From a virus (lineage: Duplodnaviria; Heunggongvirae; Uroviricota; Caudoviricetes): a DNA stretch of 64,000 nt. The DNA lies in the IMG/VR virus record IMGVR_UViG_3300015214_000028, positions 1 to 64,000 of that record, one strand, 5' to 3'. Under the pieces are notes generated by a model. That model saw only the letters and a program-made list of their open reading frames with translations, had not been told where the DNA came from and did not search any database. Below, piece after piece: positions 33,748 through 41,825 of this stretch. Positions within the stretch are counted from its first letter, which is position 1. Every line of letters begins with the position of its first letter. Position numbers and translations under genes: made by a program.

Positions 33748-33833
33748 AGATATTAAAAAGTGCGCAGAGTATCAGCACGTAGTCAAAACTACTCTAAATT
33801 TCATTTTGCAACTTGGAAAACCGGAGTACCTGA

Positions 33834-34034
33834 ATGATATTAAACATCAAACGAGTAAAATACGATGCAGCTAATGAAGAGCATCGAAATGCTTATTTTA
33901 ATTTTCTAAATACTGGAAGATGGTGTAAACATTTCGAAGTGGAGTACCCTTATGTGGAACTTCCAGCTCAGCTAGCGCAGCAAACACTGCGTTTTTATCG
34001 TGATCGGGAGACTCGTCTAGTATCCACTGCTTAG
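33834..34034 (+). CDS. hypothetical protein (66 aa)
   Basis: Track ORF. Confidence 0.4.
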   Translation: MILNIKRVKYDAANEEHRNAYFNFLNTGRWCKHFEVEYPYVELPAQLAQQTLRFYRDRETRLVSTA

Positions 34035-34407
34035 CCCTGCTGCCCTGCTTTGTTTAGCTCAAGCTATTTACTACGAAGCCCGGGGTGAGCCAGAAAGGGG
34101 ACAACACGCGGTTGCGCATGTTGTATTAAATAGAGCCGCAGATCCTAGGTATCCCGATCATATCTGCAAAGTTGTACACCAGCCCTATCAGTTCTCTTGG
34201 ACTTTAGAAAAATCGCGAAAAGCCCCCAAAGGGCCTGCGTGGAAAAAAGCACAAGACATTGCGATTCTTTCATATGTAGGGCTAATAAAAGACCCTACTA
34301 ATGGGGCCTTATTTTTTCATAATAAACAAATAAAGCCTTACTGGGCTAAGAAAGTTACTTACAATATTAAAATTGGAAATCATGTATTCTACTCAACAAT
34401 CAAATAA
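34021..34407 (+). CDS. SleB/CwlJ-family cell-wall hydrolase domain ORF with no canonical start codon (possible frameshift fusion with 33834..34034, non-canonical start, or pseudogene)
   Basis: Frame +1 open from 34021 to TAA at 34405-34407. Translation ...CLAQAIYYEARGEPERGQHAVAHVVLNRAADPRYPDHICKVVHQPYQFSWT...ALFFHNKQIKPYWAKKVTYNIKIGNHVFY. Missing from the ORF track because there is no in-frame ATG/GTG/TTG. Confidence 0.5.
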   Translation, partial: YPLLSPAALLCLAQAIYYEARGEPERGQHAVAHVVLNRAADPRYPDHICKVVHQPYQFSWTLEKSRKAPKGPAWKKAQDIAILSYVGLIKDPTNGALFFHNKQIKPYWAKKVTYNIKIGNHVFYSTIK

Positions 34408-34741
34408 CTCTTGGGACGCCCTATCAAAATCTTTACCTTTAATGACCCCTCCGCCTGGTTTCGATATTCTAGAAACAAAAGATGGCTTTGCATACCTAAA
34501 GCACCTACGCCTAAGTTTTGAGATTTCTAAGTCCGATATTAAAGTAGTGACTAAAGGCAATAAAGTCTATGTAAATGTACATCGAGGGGGAGCCCCGAAC
34601 CGCAGTGTATTCTATTCTGTCTCTCTTTTCAGTAATGAGAAGTTTAAGAAAGCTGCATTTATCGAAGACATTGGCCTACTTCTACTATACGTAACCTATT
34701 CAGACGCGTCTGAAACAGTAACAGAACATCCCATTCTGTGA
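34382..34741 (+). CDS. small heat-shock protein (Hsp20/alpha-crystallin-like)
   Basis: FDILETKDGFAYLKHLRLSFEISKSDIKVVTKGNKVYVNVHRGG; ATG at 34382 (the track's TTG is at 34373). Confidence 0.5.
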   Translation: MYSTQQSNNSWDALSKSLPLMTPPPGFDILETKDGFAYLKHLRLSFEISKSDIKVVTKGNKVYVNVHRGGAPNRSVFYSVSLFSNEKFKKAAFIEDIGLLLLYVTYSDASETVTEHPIL

Positions 34742-34748
34742 CCCTACA

Positions 34749-34772
34749 AGGCCCCTTAATGGGGCCTTTTTC
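34749..34772 (+). terminator. rho-independent terminator
   Basis: AGGCCCC-ttaat-GGGGCCT followed by TTTTT. Confidence 0.7.
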
Positions 34773-34922
34773 CTATGTACGAACTAAATAAACAGTATCA
34801 CTATCGCCCTTTCGGTCTCGTTACCTATCAAGGAATTGATGGTAATTTTCATGTGTTTCGAACAAATGATTTTGCTCTAAGATTGAGTACTTTTAGTAAG
34901 CAGAAACTCCGGCTACATATCA

Positions 34923-35177
34923 ATGTTTGAGCTTTTCCTAGCGTTTCTAGCATGTGCCGTGGCCACAGCTTTTATAGCTATTTTTTGGCTATATATTCCA
35001 ATTATTGAAAAAGTAAGAGTTCTAAATAGAAAAGATTCGATTTTTATAGGCACCCCCTTACTAGCTTGCGTTGTATTCTTTGTTCTAACTTTAGTTATGG
35101 CACCAATGATGTTTGGTGTAATGCTTAACGAACCTCATAGAAAGATTTTCATTCAAGAATTGAGTACTAAACATTGA
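34923..35177 (+). CDS. membrane protein (84 aa, two TM helices)
   Basis: Track ORF. Confidence 0.45.
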   Translation: MFELFLAFLACAVATAFIAIFWLYIPIIEKVRVLNRKDSIFIGTPLLACVVFFVLTLVMAPMMFGVMLNEPHRKIFIQELSTKH

Positions 35178-36064
35178 AAAACCAAGAACAAATTCAAGTA
35201 AAAGTTTTAGCGGACTCTAAAACTAAAGACGGTATTCGTCTTACCACACTTAGGCTTATCTATCCAAGATTTATTCATGCTGAGCTAAAAACTCATCGCA
35301 TGTTTAGCACTAACTCCTCTAGTTCTAGAGCAATTCCTGTTAAGTCTATGATTGAATATACTCTAGAAAACCCTGCCAAGCTTTGCCACTTCGGGCGCAA
35401 TCAGCCCGGTATGCAAGCTGAGACAGAACTTGATAACGAAACTATTCAAGCTGTAGAAGCCCATTGGCACCGTGGAAGTAAACTGGCTGCTGAAGTAGCA
35501 GAAGTTCTAAACAGACTGGGACTACACAAGCAAGGTACTAATAGAGTACTAGAGCCATTTCAACATATGCATACTATTGTGTCCGCTACAGAGTTTGAAA
35601 ACTTCTTTAATCTTCGCAGACACAAAGACGCTCAGCCGGAAATCAAAATTCTGGCCGACAAAATGTGGGAAGCTATAGAAAATAGCGTACCACAAATCTT
35701 ATATCCTGGACAATGGCACTTACCAGGTATTGTACAAAAGGCTAATTCGACGTATATTTCCCCAGATGGCGCCGAACTGACCTTAGAACAGGCTCGTATG
35801 GTTTCCGCGAGCCTATGTGCCCAAGTCTCCTACAGAAAGGAAGACTATTCGCTAGAAAAAGCTGAAAAGATTTTTAATCAGTTAATTTATAGCGAGCCTA
35901 TGCATGCAAGCCCTGTAGAGCATCAGGCTACTCCCATTCCAACCGGCTACCCCTTTACTAAGGGAGTTACCCATATGGATTTTAAAGGTAACTACTGGAG
36001 TGGTAATTTCAGAGGGTGGATTCAATTCCGCCAGTTACTTCAGCAGAAATGGGACGAAAATTAA
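35174..36064 (+). CDS. thyX: flavin-dependent thymidylate synthase
   Basis: ThyX signature LKTHRMFSTNSSSSRAIP (RHR...S...SxR). Confidence 0.75.
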   Translation: MKNQEQIQVKVLADSKTKDGIRLTTLRLIYPRFIHAELKTHRMFSTNSSSSRAIPVKSMIEYTLENPAKLCHFGRNQPGMQAETELDNETIQAVEAHWHRGSKLAAEVAEVLNRLGLHKQGTNRVLEPFQHMHTIVSATEFENFFNLRRHKDAQPEIKILADKMWEAIENSVPQILYPGQWHLPGIVQKANSTYISPDGAELTLEQARMVSASLCAQVSYRKEDYSLEKAEKIFNQLIYSEPMHASPVEHQATPIPTGYPFTKGVTHMDFKGNYWSGNFRGWIQFRQLLQQKWDEN

Positions 36065-36750
36065 AAACGGAAAACCCGTCAGTCAACAAACACGTTACTT
36101 TAGAGCCTAAAACTCCAGCTCAAGCGAGATTTATCTCTGCTATAGAGGGACACCCTATCTCAATGGGTATTGGCCCTGCGGGAACTGGAAAGACCTATGT
36201 GTCTTCCAGTCTTGCAGCCCGGGGTTTAGTAAATAAACAATATGACAAAATTGTTTTGTCTAGAGCTAATGTCCCCACTGGTAGGTCTTTAGGACATTTC
36301 CCAGGTACTGTGGAGGATAAGCTTACTCCTTGGCTAACTCCTGCGTTAGATATTTTAAGATATCAGATGGGAGAGAGCATGTTTAAATACTGCATGGCTA
36401 AAAAGGTTATCCAACTACAGCCTTTAGAGACTATTAGAGGTAGGTCATTTGAATCTACCTTTATGATTGTTGACGAATCTCAAAATTTAAATAGGGACGA
36501 AATCACTTCTATTACCACAAGACTAGGAGAGTATTCTAAGTTAGTTCTTTTAGGAGACCCCTTTCAAACCGATATTAAGGGAGAGAACGGTCTGGAGTGG
36601 TTTGAGACTTTAGTAACTAAATATAAACTAAATATTCCAGTTACTAGGTTTGGGTTAGAAGACGTAGTTAGAAGTAAAATTGTTAAACAAATTCTAGTAG
36701 CTCTTTACGCAGAGCACACTAGAAAATCTAAGCTTGAGGCTGCCGGCTGA
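36016..36750 (+). CDS. phoH: PhoH-like ATPase
   Basis: Walker A GPAGTGKTYV; DESQN motif; overlaps thyX (the alternative ATG at 36049 gives a shorter overlap). Confidence 0.7.
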   Translation: MDSIPPVTSAEMGRKLKTENPSVNKHVTLEPKTPAQARFISAIEGHPISMGIGPAGTGKTYVSSSLAARGLVNKQYDKIVLSRANVPTGRSLGHFPGTVEDKLTPWLTPALDILRYQMGESMFKYCMAKKVIQLQPLETIRGRSFESTFMIVDESQNLNRDEITSITTRLGEYSKLVLLGDPFQTDIKGENGLEWFETLVTKYKLNIPVTRFGLEDVVRSKIVKQILVALYAEHTRKSKLEAAG

Positions 36751-36762
36751 TCCCTGTATAAT
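36734..36762 (+). promoter_or_regulatory. sigma70 promoter TTGAGG-N17-TATAAT
   Basis: Read directly. The track ORF 36734 starts on the -35 TTG; the real start is the ATG at 36788. Confidence 0.55.
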
Positions 36763-36787
36763 ATCTATATTGGCTAGGGAGAAAACA

Positions 36788-37045
36788 ATGAAATTCAAAT
36801 ACACAAAAGCAAATGGGGAAGTTTCGGAGCGTTCTACGATCCTGCTTCGCCAACCGGAACCTAATTATATGATGCTAGATATTAGCGAGTATAGTGAGGA
36901 AGAGCAATTGGAGCTTCGTACTAAATACAACGATCTTCAGGAACAAATTCAGGCTATGACAGCTGAGTTCTATCCAGAGATTGTAAAACTTTATGAGACT
37001 CGTCTCCGGTGTTTTAAGCGGGAGCGAATGAGTGAAGTTAAGTGA
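36788..37045 (+). CDS. hypothetical protein (85 aa)
   Basis: RBS GGGAGA precedes the ATG at 36788. Confidence 0.45.
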   Translation: MKFKYTKANGEVSERSTILLRQPEPNYMMLDISEYSEEEQLELRTKYNDLQEQIQAMTAEFYPEIVKLYETRLRCFKRERMSEVK

Positions 37046-37229
37046 GCTGGATCAAAAAGTTCTAGAATCCGTAGTAGATATAGCAATGAAATATATCCAG
37101 TCAGAAAAAACTGGAGAACTAAAATTGTCTACTGCTCTCACAATTTGCTCTGGGTACTTATCTTTCTATAACCTAAATATGGAGTATGAGGGGCGGCTGA
37201 ATAAAAAGCTTAGCTCCTCATATCACTAA
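37032..37229 (+). CDS. hypothetical protein (65 aa)
   Basis: Track ORF. Confidence 0.35.
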   Translation: MKLSELDQKVLESVVDIAMKYIQSEKTGELKLSTALTICSGYLSFYNLNMEYEGRLNKKLSSSYH

Positions 37230-37230
37230 T

Positions 37231-37416
37231 ATGGATGAAAAGGCACGACTAGCAGAAGTATGCAGGCAAGCACTTGAATCTATGAAACACCAGGACCCAG
37301 ATACAAATGTAAAAATCAATGAAAATCTTCTAATGTATATTAGTGGGGAACTAGTTACTTATTACGTGCGTATGGTGGAAGCTGGGCTAATTAAAACAAA
37401 AAACACAAAACATTAA
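37231..37416 (+). CDS. hypothetical protein (61 aa)
   Basis: Track ORF. Confidence 0.35.
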   Translation: MDEKARLAEVCRQALESMKHQDPDTNVKINENLLMYISGELVTYYVRMVEAGLIKTKNTKH

Positions 37417-37417
37417 C

Positions 37418-37446
37418 TTGAATTTTTCTAGTTAGTCTAGTATAAT
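37418..37446 (+). promoter_or_regulatory. sigma70 promoter TTGAAT-N17-TATAAT
   Basis: Read directly. Confidence 0.6.
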
Positions 37447-37468
37447 ATAATCTTTAAGGAAATTAAAT

Positions 37469-37828
37469 ATGGCATGGGACGACGATAAAAAAGCTAAAGC
37501 AGTTGAACTCTACGAACAAGCAGGGCCTACCCCTGAGAATTCGATGGAAATTGTTAAAGAAGTAGCCGAGGAGCTTGGCGAAACTGTTAACGGTGTTCGT
37601 ATGATTCTTTCTAAGGCGGGGGTCTACGTTAAAGTAGAAGGTGGTGCTAAAAAGAGCAGCACTAAACCTGCTTCAGATAAAGCACCTCGGGTATCTAAGG
37701 CTGATTCACTTCAGGCTCTTACTGATGTTATCGAATCTTCAGGCGTGGAACCTGATCTAGAAATTATCGGTAAACTTACTGGTAAACAGGCTGTTTACTT
37801 TACTGAGCTTCTTAAAAAGTTTGTCTAA
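37469..37828 (+). CDS. HTH-motif family protein
   Basis: ETVNGVRMILSKAGVYVK matches the xRSVIAKLTREGVYIK family motif. Confidence 0.45.
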   Translation: MAWDDDKKAKAVELYEQAGPTPENSMEIVKEVAEELGETVNGVRMILSKAGVYVKVEGGAKKSSTKPASDKAPRVSKADSLQALTDVIESSGVEPDLEIIGKLTGKQAVYFTELLKKFV

Positions 37829-37838
37829 TTAATAGGGT

Positions 37839-38438
37839 GTGAATATGCCTCGCAAAGGTGCTAGTGAAAAACTAACGGACACTAATCTTCAAAAAGTCAC
37901 TGAACTATTGGGGGCAAAATCACCTATTACTAAAAAGCAAGCCTGTGAAATTCTAGGTATCGCCTATAATACTAGCCGGCTTGCTACACTTCTTGAATCA
38001 TATAAAGAACGTAAAGAACGCACTGCTCGTAAAAAGGCAGAGAAACGCTACACTCCTCCAACTGAAGATGAAATTCGAACTATTGTTCGAGATTATTTGA
38101 TTGACGGAGATAGCGTTAGCGTAATTGCTGAAAGAATTTATCGTTCTAGCGATTTTGTTAATCGAATTCTGGAACGCGTAGGAGTTCCCAAACGTACCCC
38201 AGGATTTAACTATTTTAATCCTGAACTGATTCCTGACGCAGCAGTTCGTGAAACTTTTTCCGCTAATGAGCGTGCTTGGTCTGCTAGGTATAACACTACC
38301 GTTAAGGTAATCAATGAGCGTGAAAATCAAAAAGGTGTGTATCTAGTATGGGTTGAAGGCGAAGCCGGACAATTTTACGCTTTTCAGCCCTTTGAAGAGC
38401 TTGGTTCCCTAGAACATCTAAAACAATACGGAATTTAA
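37839..38438 (+). CDS. putative DNA-binding protein (HTH; 199 aa)
   Basis: ITKKQACEILGIAYNTSRLATLLESY. Confidence 0.4.
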   Translation: MNMPRKGASEKLTDTNLQKVTELLGAKSPITKKQACEILGIAYNTSRLATLLESYKERKERTARKKAEKRYTPPTEDEIRTIVRDYLIDGDSVSVIAERIYRSSDFVNRILERVGVPKRTPGFNYFNPELIPDAAVRETFSANERAWSARYNTTVKVINERENQKGVYLVWVEGEAGQFYAFQPFEELGSLEHLKQYGI

Positions 38439-38441
38439 ATA

Positions 38442-38732
38442 ATGGAATTCAATTCCTTTAAAGCAAAAATGAACGAAGCAGGTGATGCTCTAGTCAACTA
38501 TATTTCGCCTGTTTCCGGTAAACAAAAATATCATGTTTGTACTCTAGACCTTAAGAATTGCAAGTATATTAAGGATAAACTAGATCAGCGTAAGTTTTCT
38601 GAACCTCAGCAAGGTTGGGTACGTGCTTTCTGTTGGGATCTAGATGACTTCAAAAATATTGATGTTGCTAGTGTAACATCCGTGGTGCCACTTAATAAGA
38701 TGGTATCTAATGCTGTAGACTCTTATGTATGA
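38442..38732 (+). CDS. hypothetical protein (96 aa)
   Basis: Track ORF. Confidence 0.4.
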   Translation: MEFNSFKAKMNEAGDALVNYISPVSGKQKYHVCTLDLKNCKYIKDKLDQRKFSEPQQGWVRAFCWDLDDFKNIDVASVTSVVPLNKMVSNAVDSYV

Positions 38733-39021
38733 GTGGTTCATTAGCGAAAATGAACGCGGAGAGCGGCTTTACCTAACTATTGACTCTTTTCGAGACGTAG
38801 AGTACGTACATTTTCGCAAATACTTTCAAGATTTTGAGGGTGAGTACAAACCCACGAAAGAGGGGATTTCATTCCCTCTTTCTATAGTAGCAACTCTACG
38901 TCTCTTTCTAGCACTGTCAGAAATTGTATCTGAAGCTGAAAAAGAGTTGCTATCCGACTCTCTAAAAGAAATTTTAAATGACGCTAAAACATATCGAAGG
39001 TCTACTGAAGTCAGCGAGTGA
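38725..39021 (+). CDS. hypothetical protein (98 aa)
   Basis: Track ORF. Confidence 0.4.
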   Translation: MYEWFISENERGERLYLTIDSFRDVEYVHFRKYFQDFEGEYKPTKEGISFPLSIVATLRLFLALSEIVSEAEKELLSDSLKEILNDAKTYRRSTEVSE

Positions 39022-39943
39022 GGCTTATTACGCTGGAGATCCGTTTCTAACGGATGAACAATTCGACGCTCTAGCAGCTTCAGTAAACTTTAGTGATGTT
39101 GGTAGTTCCGTTAAAGGTCTTAAGGCTAAACATACATATCGTATGTACAGTCTTAAAAAATACTATCCCGGGGAAGGTAAGCCTCCCCTTACTGAGTACA
39201 CTAAAGCTAAGATTACAACTCCTAAGCTTGATGGTGCCGCAATTTCCCTTCTATATAAAGAAGGAAAATTTGTACAAGCTCTCACGAGGGGCGACGGCTT
39301 TGAGGGGCAAGTTATTACTGCCAAACTTGCCTGCTCAACTCTCATTCCTCTGGAAATCTCTTATAAAAAAGAAATTCAGATTACGGGAGAAATTGTAGCC
39401 CCTAAAGATATTGCTAATGCTAGAAATTACGCTGCAGGTGCACTAGGGCTCAACAGTATTGAAGAATTTCTATGCCGAGACCTATATTTTGTAGCCTATG
39501 GTGCTAACATGGTGGATAAGCCAAATTTCTACAGAGATACATTGGCTTGGCTAGAAAGTCTTGGGTTTAAAACAGTTGCTGATTCTGATTTGTGCGACAA
39601 ATTTCCACAAGACGGAGTTGTTACTCGGATTGATTCCGAAAAGGATTTCAATGAATATGGGTTTACTAGTAAGCACCCTAGTGGAGCTTTTGCTACAAAG
39701 TCTAGAAATGCTGAGGTTCGTAGCATTTTACGAGAAGTTAAATGGCAAACAGGACGTAGTGGTAAAGTAACTCCAGTAGCCTTGTTTGATCCAGTTATTA
39801 TTGATGGTGCAACTATTTCACGAGCTACACTTAATAACCCGGGGTTTATCGAGGCTTTAAATCTAGATCTAGGGGATTTTGTGTATATCGAGCGAGCAGG
39901 CGATATTATTCCCGCTGTTGTTCGTAGTGAAAAACCAACTTGA
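38978..39943 (+). CDS. NAD-dependent DNA ligase, N-terminal subunit (Ia + adenylation + OB domains)
   Basis: YYAGDPFLTDEQFDAL (domain Ia), TPKLDGAAISL (KxDG adenylation lysine), OB-fold region. Ends with a stop; a promoter follows. Confidence 0.7.
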   Translation: MTLKHIEGLLKSASEAYYAGDPFLTDEQFDALAASVNFSDVGSSVKGLKAKHTYRMYSLKKYYPGEGKPPLTEYTKAKITTPKLDGAAISLLYKEGKFVQALTRGDGFEGQVITAKLACSTLIPLEISYKKEIQITGEIVAPKDIANARNYAAGALGLNSIEEFLCRDLYFVAYGANMVDKPNFYRDTLAWLESLGFKTVADSDLCDKFPQDGVVTRIDSEKDFNEYGFTSKHPSGAFATKSRNAEVRSILREVKWQTGRSGKVTPVALFDPVIIDGATISRATLNNPGFIEALNLDLGDFVYIERAGDIIPAVVRSEKPT

Positions 39944-39968
39944 TTTTCTTTACTGACCAAGGTATAAT
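39940..39968 (+). promoter_or_regulatory. sigma70 promoter TTGATT-N17-TATAAT between the two ligase halves
   Basis: Read directly. Confidence 0.6.
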
Positions 39969-39977
39969 ATATTTTCT

Positions 39978-40721
39978 ATGATCGAAATTCCATCAAATTG
40001 TCCGAGCTGCGACGGCCCACTAACAAAAGTAAACATGCAGTTATTTTGCAAAAACAAAGGGTGCCCAGCTCAAACACTGAAAAAAATTCAGCATTTCGCC
40101 AAAGTGATGGGAATTAAAGGTCTAGGAGAAAAAACTCTAGAAAAGCTCGATTTTGAGACTTATCACGATCTTTACTACTTTAGCCCTCAATATTTTACAG
40201 ATACTCTAGGGACAAAAGTAGGTACAAAGATTCTTGCAGAAATTGAAGCGTCTAAGTCTGTTCCTCTAAATCAGGGTATCGCAGCTTTCGGTATTCCTCT
40301 TATTGGTGAAACTGCTGGAAGGAAACTAGCCGAAGTATGTGCTTCTATTGAAGATATTGACTTTGAGACGTGCAAAAAAGCAGGATTAGGAGAAAAAGCT
40401 TCAAATAATCTGTTATGGTGGCTTGAGGAACAAGAATACAACGGCCTACCAATTAACTTTCTTTTTGAGAAACCTACAAAGCCCAGCTCTAATGGCTATG
40501 TAGTTTGTATCACTGGAAAACTAAATGATTATAAAAACAGAAGTGAAGCTAAAGCTTTTCTAGAAACTTTAGGCTGTACAGTAGTAGATAGTATTACCTC
40601 TAACACTAATGTTCTAATCGTAGAAGATGGGAAAACAAGCTCATCTAAATATAAACAAGCGTTAAGTCGCAATATTAAAATCTGCTCTATTAAAGAGCTT
40701 GAATCTGAAATTATTTCATAA
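39978..40721 (+). CDS. NAD-dependent DNA ligase, C-terminal subunit (Cys4 zinc finger + HhH + BRCT)
   Basis: CPSCDGPL...CKNKGC zinc finger, GIKGLGEKT HhH motifs, BRCT-like C-terminus. Confidence 0.7.
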   Translation: MIEIPSNCPSCDGPLTKVNMQLFCKNKGCPAQTLKKIQHFAKVMGIKGLGEKTLEKLDFETYHDLYYFSPQYFTDTLGTKVGTKILAEIEASKSVPLNQGIAAFGIPLIGETAGRKLAEVCASIEDIDFETCKKAGLGEKASNNLLWWLEEQEYNGLPINFLFEKPTKPSSNGYVVCITGKLNDYKNRSEAKAFLETLGCTVVDSITSNTNVLIVEDGKTSSSKYKQALSRNIKICSIKELESEIIS

Positions 40722-40735
40722 GGATAAGAAACACA

Positions 40736-41472
40736 TGACAACCCAAAAATGGACCGAAGATCGCACAGCACAACTTACTAGTCTAGTTGGCGGAGAATCT
40801 CCTGTTACTCCCGGCACTGTTGAGGCCGCTGCAGAGCAACTAGGAACAACTATCCGTTCGATTGCTTCAAAATTACGAAAACTAGGTTACGATGTTGCTA
40901 GCATGGCTAAAGATCGTGCTCCAGCTTTCTCTCAAGAAGAAGGAGAGGCTCTAGCAGAATTTGTTCAGGCTAACAGCGGTCGATTTACCTATACTGAAGT
41001 TGCCGAAAATTTTGCTGGTGGCAAATTCACTGCAAAACAAGTACAGGGTAAGGTTCTTAGTATGGAACTAACCTCGCATATTCGTCCAGCGGATAAAGTA
41101 GAGGTTCCACTCAAGTACACCGAACAAGAAGAAAACCTATTTGTTGATATGGCAAACCAGGGTCAGTATATTGAGGCAATTGCTAAGGCTCTAGGCAAAT
41201 CAATTAACTCAGCCCGGGGTAAGGCGCTTTCGCTACTTCGTGCTGGAAAGATTGACAAGATTCCGGCACAAGAAGTTTCTAACGCTAAGGTAAAGTCTGA
41301 TGCTGTAGCTGAGCTAGGAGATCTTAGCGGTATGACAGTTGCTGAGATCGCAGAGAAAACTGGCAAGACGGAACGTGGTGTTCGTACCCTGCTAACTCGT
41401 CGGGGTATTAAAGTAGCAGACTATGATGGTGCTGCTAAGCGTGAAAAAGCCGACGCAAAACAAGAAGGCTAA
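40736..41472 (+). CDS. protein with three tandem HTH-family repeats
   Basis: TIRSIASKLRKLGYDV, SINSARGKALSLLRAGKI and TERGVRTLLTRRGIKVADY. ATG at 40736 with RBS AAGGATAAG. Confidence 0.5.
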
Positions 41473-41479
41473 TTAAAAT

Positions 41480-41510
41480 ACGGCGGGTATGATTACCCGC
41501 CGTTTTTGTT
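41480..41510 (+). terminator. rho-independent terminator
   Basis: ACGGCGGGTA-tgat-TACCCGCCGT followed by TTTTGTTTG. Confidence 0.7.
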
Positions 41511-41824
41511 TGTGGAGTCGAACATTGAAAGTTAAAATTACCTATTACGATACCGACTCTCTAACAGTTGAGGAAGTACTGGCTACTGCTAAGCAAAACT
41601 ACGGAGAATTCGTAGAGGTAGAAGTATTTCCAGAGAGTAATGACCCTAGAGATATTATTTATTTCGGGTTACAACAGCTGATAACTTTTGAGCAGCTGTC
41701 CCTACTATTCGACAATACCCCTCTTTACGATAACAAACTTAAAGATACTAAGGATAAGATTCTTAGTCAGCTTGCGGAAACATTAGACCAGGTCGTTAAA
41801 GATAACGAAGTAAGAGTGAGGTAA
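41489..41824 (+). CDS. hypothetical protein (111 aa)
   Basis: Track ORF. Confidence 0.4.
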   Translation: MITRRFCLWSRTLKVKITYYDTDSLTVEEVLATAKQNYGEFVEVEVFPESNDPRDIIYFGLQQLITFEQLSLLFDNTPLYDNKLKDTKDKILSQLAETLDQVVKDNEVRVR

Positions 41825-41825
41825 C

